From positions 17,835,899 through 17,899,898 of the forward strand of contig NC_057741.1 in NCBI RefSeq assembly GCF_004010195.1: 64,000 nucleotides of DNA. The letters are read 5' to 3'. The notes below the pieces were generated by a model, which was not told the origin of the DNA, did no database searches, and saw nothing but the letters and a program-made list of their open reading frames with translations. Source of the stretch: Chiloscyllium plagiosum (Eukaryota). A program made the position numbers and the translations under genes. This document shows positions 13,071-25,947 of the stretch, in pieces; within the stretch, counting starts at the first letter, position 1, and each line of letters begins with the position of its first letter.

Positions 13071-13534
13071 GTAACATTGAGTGTTTTGTCTATATATCAT
13101 TTTTAAATTGACATCTCCCAGGTTCATTTGGTGTTTGAATGTTTTCCCTACCTTCCTACTGAGATGTGTTAGATGTGTTTTGGTATCAGAAAGATTGATT
13201 TGCATTTTCTTTCTGACCCCACAGTAGTTCTAAAGAACTTACAGGGATATTGTGGTTTTAAAAAAATAAATACAATGCTGAAGGTATTATTAATTAAAAT
13301 GTGGAGGAAATAATCAACAAGTTAGAAGAGAAAGTTATTGCTTGGAGTTGGATAGAGGTGAAGTAGCCTAATCTTATCAGACCATTAGACTTGAGGGTCA
13401 GAAAAGGAGAATTTCATGACAACCGCAAGTGGTAATAGGAATTAAACCAGCCATCCAGCCAACTGAGCGAAATCAACCCTCTACTGAGTCAAATATATCA
13501 CTTCTGAATTTATACAAGCCTCAGATTATCTCCA

Positions 13535-13915
13535 AGCACCTTACATCCAAATACTTTTGAACTATTGTAAAGTAAACTGTACAGCCCATTGGTACATGGG
13601 AGACTCCGAGGCAGCAATCTCATGGTGATCAGATAATCTTGTGCTACTGACTGCTGGATAAATATTAGCTACCACACTGGGGAGAACTCCTTTAGTCTTT
13701 GCAACAGTGCCATGGAAACGTTTAAGACTAGCAGAGCCAGCTGACAATTTATCCTCCAGTACAAAAACAGCATCTCCAACAGATGCAACACTACATAGGC
13801 AGTGAGTACATCCCCTGCAGTTACAGTGACAATCAGAGCAGTGTACAAAATTGCTCACTGAGTACTGTCCTGTCGTGTCAAGCTCAGATTGTGTTAAATC
13901 CCTGGGGTGAAACCT
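13535..13915 (-). mobile_element. Deu-domain SINE (SacSINE1/AmnSINE1-related)
   Basis: The reverse strand shows CCATGGCACTGTTGCAAAG...GGAGTTCTCCCCAGTGTG...AATATTTATCCAG...ATTATCTGATCACC, matching the Deu core from memory. Confidence 0.65.
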
Positions 13916-14497
13916 TTTAACAATTTATTTAGGTTACTTGTAGCAAATTTATATTTAAAACGTATACCTTGGAAATGTGTTATGTTACATTAAAAAGTGT
14001 TGGAATTAATGCATTAATGTTTATTAAAATGACAAAAGGTATTTTATATTTACAAAGAAAATCAAAGGTGACACTACAAGGGAAAGTAAACAATTCCTTC
14101 CAGTAATAGTTAACAAAATTATGGTTTCACAGCAACAGCAATTACGTTGACAATATGGACAGGTAGTCTTTGTGAGAAGTCAGTGGTGTGATATATACAA
14201 TTGTGAGTACCACTATGGTTGAACAGTAAAGGAGGAATAAGCCATTCAGCCTCTTCTGCCTACTCCACCATTCAAAATCATGGCTGATCATTTACTATCC
14301 CTTAGATTTCTTTGATACCTAGAAATCAAGCAGATTCTGCATTGAACAAATGCAATGGCTAAGGTTCAAAAACGATCCAGGGTAGAAAATTCCAAAGATC
14401 AGTACCCTCTGAGTGAAGAGGCTCCTCTTCCTCTCAGTCCTAAATAACTTGCCCCTGACTCTGAAATTGTGTTCCTTGATCCTCAACTCCACAAGGC

Positions 14498-14775
14498 GGG
14501 CGGCACAGTGGTTAGCACCACTGCCTCACAACGCCAGGGACCCGGGTTCAATTCCCGCCTCGGGCAACTATCTGTGAGGAGTTTGCACATTCTCCCCGTG
14601 TCTGCGTGGGTTTTCTCCCACAGTCCAAAGATGTGCAGGTTAGGTGAATTGCCATACTAAATTGTCCATAGTGTTAGGTGTAGGGGAATGGGTCTGGATG
14701 GGTTGCTCTTCGGAGAGTTAGTGCGGACTTGTTGGGCCAAAGGGCCTGTTTCCACACTGTAGGGAATCTAAACTA
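14498..14775 (+). mobile_element. HE1 SINE
   Basis: GGGCGGCACAGTGGTTAGCAC head, GGTTCAATTCCC B-box, V core, CCACACTGTAGGGAATCTAA tail. Confidence 0.92.
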
Positions 14776-14778
14776 ATT

Positions 14779-15070
14779 GGGTGGTATGGTGGCTCAGTGG
14801 CTAGCACTGCTGCCTCACAGCACCAGGGTCCCAGGTTTGATTGCAGCCTTGGGCGACTGTCTCTGAGAAGTTTGCACATTCTTCCCGTGTCTGCATAGGT
14901 TTCCTCCCACAGTCCAAAGATGTGCAGGTTAGATGAATTGGCCATGCTAAATTGCCCATAGTGTTAGGTGCATCAATCAAACAGAATAGGTCTGGATGGG
15001 TTACTCTTCAGAGGGTTGGTGTGGACGTGTTGGGCCGAAGTGCCTGTTTCCACACTGTAGGGAATCTAAT
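14779..15070 (+). mobile_element. HE1 SINE (second of a tandem pair)
   Basis: Same head, core and tail immediately following the first copy. Confidence 0.92.
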
Positions 15071-17226
15071 CCAAGGAGGGGAACCATAAGTTTTAGTTGC
15101 ATCACCTTTTATTCTTCTAAACTCTCATGAATATAGGCTCAATCTCCTCAATCTCACAGAGCAGTCTTGCCATCTGAGGAATTAATCTGGTGTACTGCCA
15201 TTACACCGCTCTATGACACATATATCCTTTATAAGGTAAGGGGATCAAAACTGTATACAGTACTGCAGATAGAAACTTACTAAGGTTCTATCAAGGTAGT
15301 GCAAGACATCTTTACAGCTATACTCACCCAATACAGCTATACTCACCCAATGACAACCACACATGCACATTCCCTTGTTCTGACTGCTATTATCTCTCAA
15401 GCTCATGAGCAGTGAAGCCAATTGTCACACTCCAACACCTTTCCATGCTGCTTGTAGCAATTCCCGTAGGTGGTTGATCACCTTCTCTCATGCTGAAAAA
15501 CAGGAGATTAGGAGATTTAATAACAGAGAACATTTGAATCTCAATCTGTGGTTTTGCCTTTGCATTCTATGAAGAGGCACCTGGGTTCTTCTTGCAAACA
15601 TCCCATAGTGGTAGATGGGCTCAGGTCTCCACTTCATAGGAGGTTGGTGTTGATGCTTTGCCAGGCCTAAAATTACCATTGTTTTATTTGTACATTTTTA
15701 TACATTTTATCAGCATACTAACTGACCTAAAAGTTATTTGTTTAATAATTAACAAGGCCATTAAATGAACTTAAGTTAAATTGAAACAATAAATGGGCAG
15801 GTAAGAGGGGATGGAAGTAAACAGCACCTGAACATCCACATGTGCACATTTCCCTTGTTCTGACTACTGTTATCTCTCAAGATAATGATCCAAATCTGTT
15901 TTGAAATAAAATGAACATGCCATTAGAGTCAAAGACAATTTTGTTTATTGTTTTAGGAAGAGATCATTTCAAAAAAGCAAGATATTTACTGAACATACTT
16001 CATTTTTTAGAGAGCATATCCAGTGACAATAAGCAAAGCCTTGTTGCTAAATGCTGAGAAGGAAATTAGAATCAATTATGGTGGACCTGGAATTTGCCTT
16101 TGTAATTAGGGAAAAATAGTCAATGATCAAGTCAATAGTCAAGATTATGTACTGTCGATAACAACTTCTGGTCTCTGCATGTGTGTAGCTAAATACAGAA
16201 ACAGTAAAGTTTCTGTTGGAGACGCTTGTCCTGTCTCCACACGGTAAGGCTGTTGCAGGTGCAGTTAGCACAGGACTAGTAATTTTGCTTTAACTTTGAT
16301 ATTTTAAGCTCTATTCTCATTTAAGTCAAAAAAAATGTTAAAGCTAGGGCTTGTTGAACAAAGTACAACTCTTAAGCGTTCTAAGCCACCATGGTTGATT
16401 TTCATCTGAATTTTGAGTTTTCATTTGTGTATGATATTATTTATTATTATCTGCCATGCCCACTGCCTTTCCTTTAGCAATACATTCCATTATCTTGGGA
16501 GCCAATGAAATACTTTATTTTGAAATGTGGTTTTAGTATTGTCACCTCGGAGAACTCAGTTATTCTTTACAAGTGCCGGTTTAAACTGACAAATCCAAGC
16601 CAGCTGTTCTTAATTAACCCCCATTGTTCTGGGTGACCTGTGAATCTATGTGGTCAGAAGCTTATTCAGGATCAGTGTTTTGACCAATTATTCTGTAGTT
16701 CCCTGTTTTATTGCTTTATTTCCTTTTTTTTGCATTCACGGCATTATGTCAACCCTGACCAATCCTCTGACATCACTACCAAATCAACATTAACATTTGG
16801 AAGATTATAGTCCAAGCCTTTGCTCTTTTTTTGAATGCACTTCATTGTAACCATTGGAGCCCAAGCATTTTCGACTTTGTGTTCCACCACTTATTTTAAT
16901 TTTCCTTCCTTATCCATGTTTCTCTTTCGTAAACTGCTCTACCATCTCCTGTTGGTCTTCATTTTCAGCACTACAGTCTGTATATAACATCACAACTCTG
17001 TTGTGACACAAAAGTCTACTACTGGATTATAGAAAATAATTAAATACATAATTAATTAAAACACGTTAAGAATAGCAGAATAGGTGATGTGTCACACCTG
17101 CAATCTGCGGGAACTCCTAGAGGCCAGTGTGATTCAGGACAAATGAATCTAAGTAAGGTAAATAAAGCTCGAGCTGCTTCACCTTCGAATTTGAGCTGGA
17201 TGCTGAATTACAATCACTGCAACCAA

Positions 17227-17526
17227 TAAGAATCCCTACAGTGTGGAAGCAGGCCATTTGACCCATCAATACTCACCGACTTTCGAAAGAGCATCCCACT
17301 CAGACCTACTCTATCCTTGTAACCCTGCATTTCCCATGGCTAATCCACCTAACCTACAAATCCCTGGACACTATAAGCAATTTAGAATGGACAAATCACC
17401 TAAACTGCACATCTTTGGACTGTAAGAGGAAACTAGAGCACGCAGACATGGGGAGAATGTGCAAACTCCACACAGACAATCACCCAAGGGTAAAATCGAA
17501 CTTAGGTCCTTGGCGCTGTGAGGCAT
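17227..17526 (-). mobile_element. HE1 SINE
   Basis: Reverse complement of the HE1 tail, core (CTGCACATCTTTGGACTGT) and head. Confidence 0.85.
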
Positions 17527-18233
17527 ATAAGGGAAGAAGGGATAGATTGTCCTAGAATGTGGTCACATTCATAAAGTGGGGTATTCTGATGTGGTCAAAG
17601 TTAAGGGTAACTAAGAGTATGGCAGGAAGGGGGACTCAGGGTAAGAGTGCTGGAGCCTCAGTTTTTTGCAATTATCCAACAGGTTTGAGGTTATTTCTGT
17701 TTGTTTGGATGAGATTGATGGCTGCAGGATCGCCTAACTAACTGACTGTGACACTTTGGAACAGGAAGCTATGTGATCAAAGAAGAAAAGCAAAAGAAAC
17801 ATTTACTGCCTTGTGCCAGGGTTGACATTCGTTCAAGCTTGGACAGGAACTTGGGAGTAGGAGGTGGAAGATCATATTGGTACCAAAGACTGAGGAAAGG
17901 AAATGACTAGCAAAGAAACACCAAATTGAAGAACAGGGCATCTAGGGTAATAATCTCTGGATTATTATATGTTATGATCCTAGCCGATGGTACTGCTTGA
18001 CAAGTCAGATCCCAGAACAAAATCTTGATTAATAAGTTTTTTTGTTTTAGTTAATTTGGTGACCATTAACTGAAACGTAATTACATGAGGCAGAAATCTA
18101 CTGTGCACAAATACAAAAACAATAAAAAGCTATCTAAATGTAGATTTGAATTTGAAAGATCCCAAAACACACGCATGTATTATTCCGTTTCCTGACTATT
18201 ATATAAACTGAAATTCAGAGATGTTACATCTTT

Positions 18234-18830
18234 ATAGAGTCACAGAGATGTACAGTACAGAATCAAGCCCTTCAATCCAACTCATCCTTGCCAACCAAAT
18301 AATCTAAATTAATCCAGTCCCATTTACTCATCCAGATGCCTTTTTAATAGTTGTAATTGTACCAGCCTCCACCACTTCCTCGAGCAGGTCACCCAATACA
18401 TGCATCACTCTTTCCCGTGAAAAAGTTGCCCCTTAAATCTCTTTTAAATCTTGCCCCTCTCACCCTAACCTTATGGTTTCTTGTTCTGGACTCCCCCAAC
18501 CCAGTGAAAAGACCATGTCTATCCATGCCCCTCATGTTTTTATCAACCTGTATAATGTCACCCCCTCAGTCTCCGGCACTCCAGGAGAGAGAGCCCCAGC
18601 CTGTTCAGCCTTTCCCTATAGCTCAAACCCTCCAACATAGGCAACATCCTTGTAAATCTTTCCTAAACCCTTTCAAGTTTCACAACATTCTTCTGAAAGC
18701 AGGCAAACCAGAATTGCACATAGCATTCCAAAAGCAGTCTAACCAATATCCTGTACAGCCGCAACATGACCTCCCAATTCCTATACTCCATGTTCTGGCC
18801 AATAAAGGAAAGCATACTAACCACAAATTC
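18234..18830 (-). mobile_element. CR1 LINE 3' fragment
   Basis: EVMLRLYRILVRLLLECYVQFW...VVKLERV, with an ATAGAGTCACAGAG 3' end. Confidence 0.88.
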
Positions 18831-20499
18831 TAAAAAAAAATTTGACTTCACTGATATATCCCAGTTCTTTGCACTGAATTGAGAAGTTTACACAAATACT
18901 TACAAAACTGAGAGCTAGACTTTCTTGGCTTTTACTAACTTGCAAGTAAGTAAAAACAAAACCGAAGGTTCTGTATCTATATGCACAGCATTCAATACAA
19001 GTAAGCTCATTGCATATTGAAATAAATAATTATGATCTGATAGGCATTTCATAGATATGGCAGCATAAAGACAAGGACTGGATCCTGAAGATTTAGGGAT
19101 ATCATATATTTGAGAAGAATAGGAAACAAGGTCAAGGTTTTGTGGTAGTACTGTTAAACCAAGATTAAATTGGTGCAGTCCTTGGTTCAGGAGATCAGGT
19201 TGTAGAATTTGTTTGGGCAAAGGTGAGGAATAGTAGAAGAATAAAATCACTAATAAGTGGCAACAAACCCCCACCTCCCACCAAATAGTAGCAGAAAGTA
19301 TACAAAATTGGGTACTTTTATTTAAAAAATGGCAATCATCATGAAATGACTCCTGAGCTGGGAATATCAGACCAACAATGGATAACAAGTCCAGAGAATG
19401 TTTTCAAGAGTTGTTTTTTAGAGGAACACATTCTGGGACCAACTGGAGGGCAGATTATATTGGACTTTATATTGTGTAATGTAACAGAATTAATTAGTGA
19501 CCTCCAAATGAAGGCACATCAAGGCAAAGAGTTAAAGATTAGTATTCTAAACTTAAATAAGGCCAACCATGTGGGCATGAAAGCTAATCAAGCTGCACTG
19601 AACTGGAATAGAGAATAGCCAGGGAATAGAGAAGGAGTGACATTTGGAGTAAGTATATCCCTAAAATAAAGAAAAAAATCTAAGGGGAGTACCCATCATG
19701 GTGGATAAAGAGCTTCGTTGCAACGTTAAATTTAAGGAAATAGGATACAATTGCACAGAAATGAATGACAGGTCAGATGATTGGTTGGAATACTGAGAAT
19801 GTCTGACAATGATGAAAGCATTAATCAGAAGAAAGCTATTCTAGCATCTATGCTGTATGACTGTATGATGCTGAAAGGAAACTAGGGAGAAATTTGAAAA
19901 CATGAGAGTTTAGATAAGTCTACACAGATTTAAAAGTAAGAATAAATAGAGTTTGATCCTCTGGTGAGTGAAAATAAGGAGTTATTAGTAAATAAGAATG
20001 AAATGGTGGATGAATTGAGCAAATAATTTGTTTCTGTTGTCATGATAGAGGTGACAAAGAACATTCTGGTAATTGCTATAAGTCAGGTAGTAGAAGGGAG
20101 AAAGGAAATTTGATGAAATTGCAATCGCTAGGGAAATAAGACTCAGTGAACTGATGGAGCTGTAGGCTGACCAGTCTGCATTTTCTGATCTTTATCTTGA
20201 AGTTTTAAAAGGACAGGATGGATGAGGGAATGGTTGTATTCAGGAAAGGTTCAATCAGACTGGTATGTAGCAAATATAAATCCTCGACTTAAAAAGGCAA
20301 AAAACAGGAAACTAAAGGCCATTTAGCTTGACATCTGTTTTGGGCAACACTTGTTAATTCAAACATATAAAGAGCTGACTTCTTAGAAAAACATAAGTTT
20401 TAGGGAAGAGTCACCACTACTGCGTGAAAGGGAATTGTTTTTAAGCAATTTATTCAAGTCCTTTGAAAGAGTAATGTGCACTGTGGATCAATGAAACAT

Positions 20500-20592
20500 A
20501 GTAGAGCCCCTGTTTCTGAGCCAGGAGGCCTGGGTTCGAGTCCCACCTGCTCCAGGGGTGTGACATAACCTCTCTGAAGAGGTTAGAAATAT
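20500..20592 (+). mobile_element. Short tRNA-derived SINE fragment
   Basis: CTGAGCCAGGAGGCCTGGGTTCGAGTCCCACC B-box region; no complete cloverleaf. Confidence 0.6.
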
Positions 20593-20804
20593 CTAGATAT
20601 CTGAAGAGAGAGAAGACATGGTAACTAAGGTTTCTGATGAGCCAATGAGTGACAAAGTTACTAAGCATTTACAGCAAGTAATGAGGGAGGCTAATGGAAT
20701 ACCATAGCACATTGCAACAGTAATTGCATGTAAAAATAAGGATATTCTACTTCATTAGACAGAGCTTTGATGAGACTGCAGTTTTGTTGTCTTTATGAAG
20801 CCGT

Positions 20805-22620
20805 AGAGTCATATAGCATGGAAACAGAGCCTTTGGTCTAATCAGTCCATGCTGAACATAATCCTACACTAGTCCCACCTTGCCTACTCCTGGCCCATAT
20901 TCCTCCAAACATTTTCCATTCATGTATTTATCCAAATGTATTTTAAACATTGTAATTGTACCCACATCTTCAGGAAGTTCATTCCACACATGAACCACCC
21001 TATGTTTTAAAAAAGACATTGCCCCCGTGTCCTTTTTAAATCTGTCTCCTCTCATCTTAAAATGTGTCTCTCTTGTCTTGAAATCCCACATCCTAGGGAA
21101 AAAAAAATACCATTAATTCTATCTATATCCTTCATTATTTTATAAACTCCTATAAGGTTGCCTCTTAACCTCCTACCCTCCAGTGAAAAAGGTCAAAGCC
21201 TATCCAGCCTTTCTTTATAACTCAGACCTTCCATACCTGGCAACATTCTGGTGAATCTTTTCTGAAGCGTCTCCCAATATCTTTTGTTTAACTGGGCGGC
21301 CAGAACTGTTCTTTGAGGATGTGACTAGACAAGGTGATGAGGGTCGAGCGGTGGATGTGGTGTATCTGGACTTCACCAAGGCATTTCATAAGGTTCCCCA
21401 TGGTAGGCTCGTTCAGAAGGTCAGGAGGAATGGGATACAGGGAAATTTAGCTGTCTGGATACAGAATTGGCTGGTTGACAGAAGACAGCGAGTGGTAGTG
21501 GAAGGAAAATATTCTGCCTGGAAGTCAGTGGTGAGTGGTGTTCCACAGGGCTCTGTTCTTGGGCCTCTACACTTTGTAATTTTTATTAATGACTTAGATG
21601 AGGAGATTGAAGGATGGGTTAGCAAGTTTGCAGACGACACAAAGGTTGGAAGGTGTTGTTGACAATATAGAGGGCTGTTGGAGGCTGCAGCGTGACATTG
21701 ACAGGATGCAGAGATGGGCTGAGAGGTGGCAGATGGAGTTCAACCTGGATAAATGCGAAGTGATGCATTTTGGAAGGTCGAACTTGAAAGTTGAGTACAG
21801 GATTAAAGACAGGATTCTTGGCACTGTGGAGGAACAGCGGGATCTTGGTGTGCAGGTACANNNNNNNNNNNNNNNNNNNNNNNNNNNNNNNNNNNNNNNN
21901 NNNNNNNNNNNNNNNNNNNNNNNNNNNNNNNNNNNNNNNNNNNNNNNNNNNNNNNNNNNNNNNNNNNNNNGATAATGAGAGGCATAGATAGAGTTGATAG
22001 CCAGAGACTTTTTCCCAGGACAGAAATTGTTAACACGAGGGGTCATAGTTTTAAGCTGTTTGGCGGAAAGTATAGAGGGGATGTCAGAGGCGGGTTCTTT
22101 ACGCAGAGAGTTGAGAGAGCTTGGAATGCATTGCCAGCAGCAGTTGTGGAAGCAAGGTCATTGGGGATATTTAAGAGACTGCTGGACATGCATATGGTCA
22201 CAGAAATTTGAGGTTTCATACACTAGGTTTACCTTACATGAGAATCAATGGTTGGCACAACATCGTGGGCTGAAGCGCCTGTTCTATGTTCTAACTGGAC
22301 ACAGTATTCCAGAAAAGTCCTCACCAATGACCTGTACAACCTCAACATGATTTTCCAGCTCCTGTACTCAAAAGACTGAGCAATGAAGGCAAGTTTGCCA
22401 AACAACTTTTTAACCAGCCTGTCTATATGTGACACAAACTTCAAAGACTTTTGTATCTAAGCCTCTAGGTCCCTCTGTTCTACAACACTACCCAAGGTCT
22501 TACCGTTAATTACATAAATCCTACCTTTGTTAGTTGTACCAAAATGCAATACCTCGCATTTATCCAAATTGAACTCCATCTGCAATTTTTCAGCCCATTG
22601 ATCCATTTGATCAAGATACT
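20805..22620 (-). mobile_element. CR1 3' fragment, split by a plus-strand CR1
   Basis: VVHVWNELPE (20864-21091), MLRLYRSLVRTFLEYCVQ and MEFNLDKCEVLHFG (22229-22645) are collinear on the minus strand. Confidence 0.85.
21309..22292 (+). mobile_element. Young CR1 RT and 3' end (contains an N gap)
   Basis: [33 protein letters not shown]...WNALP; flanked by AACTG on both sides. Confidence 0.92.
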
Positions 22621-22987
22621 TGAGGAAGAAAGAATGTAAAAGCATTGGAGGTGAATCGGAGGAGGTTTACGAGATTGATATCTGGAATGAATGGTTTGTC
22701 ATAGAGTCCTACAGCACGTAGACAGGCCCTTCAGCCCAAAACTGGTCCATGCCAATAAAATGTCCATCCGCGGTTAACCCCATTTCCTTGCACTCGGGCC
22801 CGTATCCTTCTAAACCTTTCTTACCCATGTATTTGTTCAAATGCCTTCCTCATTCCACAATACGACCTATTTTAGTGTCATCTGAGGATTGTTTTTTGAG
22901 GATAGGTTGATTAGGCTGAACTTGTTTTCTCTGGAGTGAAGGGTAGCTTGATGTATGTAAGATTGAGTAATCTTGACAAGGTAACCA

Positions 22988-23332
22988 GAGTGTTAGATAG
23001 ACTAGACAGTGAGAGTCTTTTTCCTTTGATGGCTATGGCTAGCATGAGGGGACATAGCTTTAAATTGAGGGATGATAGATATAAGGCAGATGACAAAGGT
23101 AGTTTCTTTACTCAGCGAGTACATAGAACATAGAGTAATAGGGGTGTGGAACACACTGCCTGCAACAGTAGTAGACTCACCAACTTTAAGGGCATTTATA
23201 TGGTCATTGGATAGGCATATGGATGAAAATGGAATAGTGTAGGATAGATGGGCTTCAGATTGGTTCCACAGGTCAGTGCAACAGTGAGGGCTAAAGAGCC
23301 TGTACTGTGCTGTAATGTTCTATGTTCTATTT
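22988..23332 (+). mobile_element. CR1 3' end
   Basis: MRGHSFKLR...FFTQRV, ending in TGTTCTATGTTCTAT. Confidence 0.85.
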
Positions 23333-23677
23333 ATAAACAACCTCACCGACCCTGAAAATCCAACCTTAGAAATATGGAATACCATTCCTTATATTTCATT
23401 ATAAAAACTCCATATTTAAAAAATAACCTTAAAACAAATAAATGCTAATGATATTTTAATATCTAACCTAACCTGTGCTTGACCTAGTTGTTCTCATACA
23501 CTCTGTAAATTGATTAAAAAGCAAGAACTTCCAGATTTTCTGCAAAAAATTCCTCAATTTGTTTGGCTGCTTTGTCTTTGTTGTTGTTGGATGTCAAATG
23601 TTCTCCATGGACAGTGCCAGCATGGCATTGACATAGTAATAGGGGAAATCAATATCACAGAGTCTGCTAACTCCTTT

Positions 23678-24746
23678 TGGGTTTTTTTAAAATTTCAAAA
23701 ATATACTTTATCCGTAAAAATATTCTTATATTTTTGTCACTAAAGTAGTTCAATTCTGTATAGCAGCATATGAAGAAAAAAACATTGGAGTTTAGCTCTA
23801 TCCGACAGTCATTTCTTAATTGTACAAGGATATTTTTACATATATTTGAGGCATCAGGAGGATGCAATAACTAAAAGAACCCCCATTGTACTCTGGCAGA
23901 AAGGCCTTAGATGGTGGTCTTTCCCCACTGCACCTTGGTGGCAGCTGCCCCAACTTTTCGTGCATCCCTCAACACAGCCCTCCACTTGGAATGTGCCAGT
24001 CAGCAATACTCGGTTGAGGTCAACCCCTTGCTTTTGTTTTTTTTAAATTTCAACAATATACTTTATTCATGAAAGTATATATACACATACAAAGTCACTA
24101 AAGCAGCTTGGTTCTGTACAGTAGTACATGAAGAAAACAAACAAACATTGGAGTTTGATTCTATCCAATAAACAAACCTAAGGCATCTTTATTTGAATAA
24201 TATTATATCTATGTATAACTGAGGCACCTGATAACTGAACAGAGCCCCATTTGACTTTGGCAGAAAGGCCTCAGATAATGGTATTTCCTCAGACATTGGT
24301 TTTTCCCCTCTTTGCCTTGGCAGCCCCAAGCTTTACTGCATCCCTCAGCACATAGTCCTGGACCCTGGAACTGCAACATTTAGTCAGGGTCAACTCCTTG
24401 TTCTGGAAGACCAACAAGTTTTGGGTAGACCAAAGAGCGTCTTTCACCAAGTTGATGGTCCTCCAGGCACAGTTGATCTTTGTCTCGGTGCTTCTCGGGT
24501 AACAGCCCATAGAGCACAGAGTCCTGTGTCACGGAGGCTGCTCAAGACGAAGCTCGACCGAAGCCATTGCATCTTTCTCCAGACTTCCTTTGCAAAGGCA
24601 CATTCCAGCAGGACATGGATGATAGTCTGTATCCCCCATCCCCACTTTAAGGGCAGCGTGCAGTAGCACAGACAGACCAGGCATACAAAACATATCTCAC
24701 AGGTAATACCTTTCTCACCATCAGCCAAGTTTCCAAAAAGCACCAA
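23678..24746 (-). mobile_element. Two tandem L1/Tx1-type LINE 3' ends
   Basis: C-terminal IHVLLECAFAKEVW...TINLVKDALWS relic. Two poly(T)/AATATACTTTAT ends at about 23680 and 24035. Confidence 0.75.
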
Positions 24747-25190
24747 GTGATGTCATTTCCTTTCTTTTGGGTAGCTTTCTTCGAGGTTACTGACTGCTCA
24801 CAATTTAAGGGTCTTTGGCAAAGGCACTTACAGCTTCCTCCATGCTCCTTACATTAATGTAGATGATGTATTTTTTTGAAGTCACCCACAGTCAAAAATT
24901 CATCATCTTGGTGGCACAGGTGGCCTTACTACAAACAGGCCACCTTTTACTTGGGATTGATTGCACACAGTGTTTGCACTTCTCCAATGGCATCACTCCA
25001 GTGCTGGGCATGTTGGAATATCAAATTGTCGAAGAGGCTTGATTATTCTACAAGCCCGCCTTGATTTTCCATTGTGTGCAAATGTAAACATCTAGTAGTT
25101 CTGCTATGCTAATCTTACTCGCAAAACATAATTACAACTTCAGTGCTGAGCATTAATGATGTGGAAGAAGAACCTGACTTCCAGGAATTA

Positions 25191-25947
25191 TTTAAGCTGT
25201 GTCCTCTGGTTCGGCACTCACCCATCAGTGGAAATATGTTTCCTACTGCCAGTATGATGAGGATGTTAGGAGATTACAGGGTGACCTGGACAAGTTAGGT
25301 GAGTGGGCAGATGCATGGCAGATGCAGTTTAATGTGGATAAATGTATGGTTATCCACTTTGGTAGCAAGAACAGGAAGGCAGACTACTACCTCAATGGAA
25401 TCAATTTATGTAAAGGGCAGTACAGAGAGATCTGGGTGTTCTTGTACACCAATCAATGAAGGCAAGCATGCAGGTACAGCAGGTAGTGAAGAAGGATAAT
25501 AGCATGCTGGCCTTGAAAGACTGAAGCGTGAAGCGACTGGGCTTGTATACCCTTGAAGATTGAGAGGGGATCTGATTGAGACGTATAAGATTATGAAAGG
25601 ATTGGACACACTGGCAGTAGGAAACCTATTTCCACTGATGGGTGAGTGCCGAACCAGAGGACACAGCTTAAAAATACGAGGTAGAGCATTTAGGACAGAG
25701 CTCAGGAGAAACTTCTTCACCCAGAGAGTGGTGACTGTGTGGAATGCTCTGCCCCAGAGGGCAGCGGAGGCCCACTCTCTGGATTCATTTAAGGAGTTGG
25801 ATAGAGCTCTCAAAGATAGTGGAATCAAGGGTTATGGAGATAAGGCAGGAACAGGATACTGATTAGGAATGATCAGCCATGATTATATTGAATGGCGGTG
25901 CAGGCTCGAAGGGCTGAATGGCCTACTCCTGCACCTATTGTCTATTG
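25191..25947 (+). mobile_element. CR1 3' fragment with an inverted 63-bp duplication at its 5' end
   Basis: WQMQFNVDKC, RGDLIETYKI, FFTQRVVTVWNALP, CCTATTGTCTATTG tail. 25191-25253 is the reverse complement of 25610-25672. Confidence 0.9.

Larger units (their letters stand above)
14215..15310 (-). mobile_element. Old CR1 3' end carrying two tandem HE1 SINEs
   Basis: Reverse CR1 3' sequence (GCCATTCAGCC...CCACCATTCAAAATCATGGCTGATC; ACCCTCTGAGTGAAGA) continues after 15071. Confidence 0.65.
19330..22990 (+). mobile_element. Old degenerate CR1 hosting nested younger CR1 and SINE insertions
   Basis: Endonuclease relic ILDFILCNVTELISDL. RT-linker relics to about 20790 resume at about 22620 (GGAGGAGGTTTACGAGATTGATATCTGGAATG). 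Confidence 0.55.

Noticed and set aside
20500-20592. tRNA-like sequence with a B-box
   Set aside because: No full cloverleaf, and it continues into SINE body. The same holds for the HE1 heads.
24918-24946. AGGTGGCCT...AGGCCACCT hairpin
   Set aside because: A single 9-bp stem with no other support.
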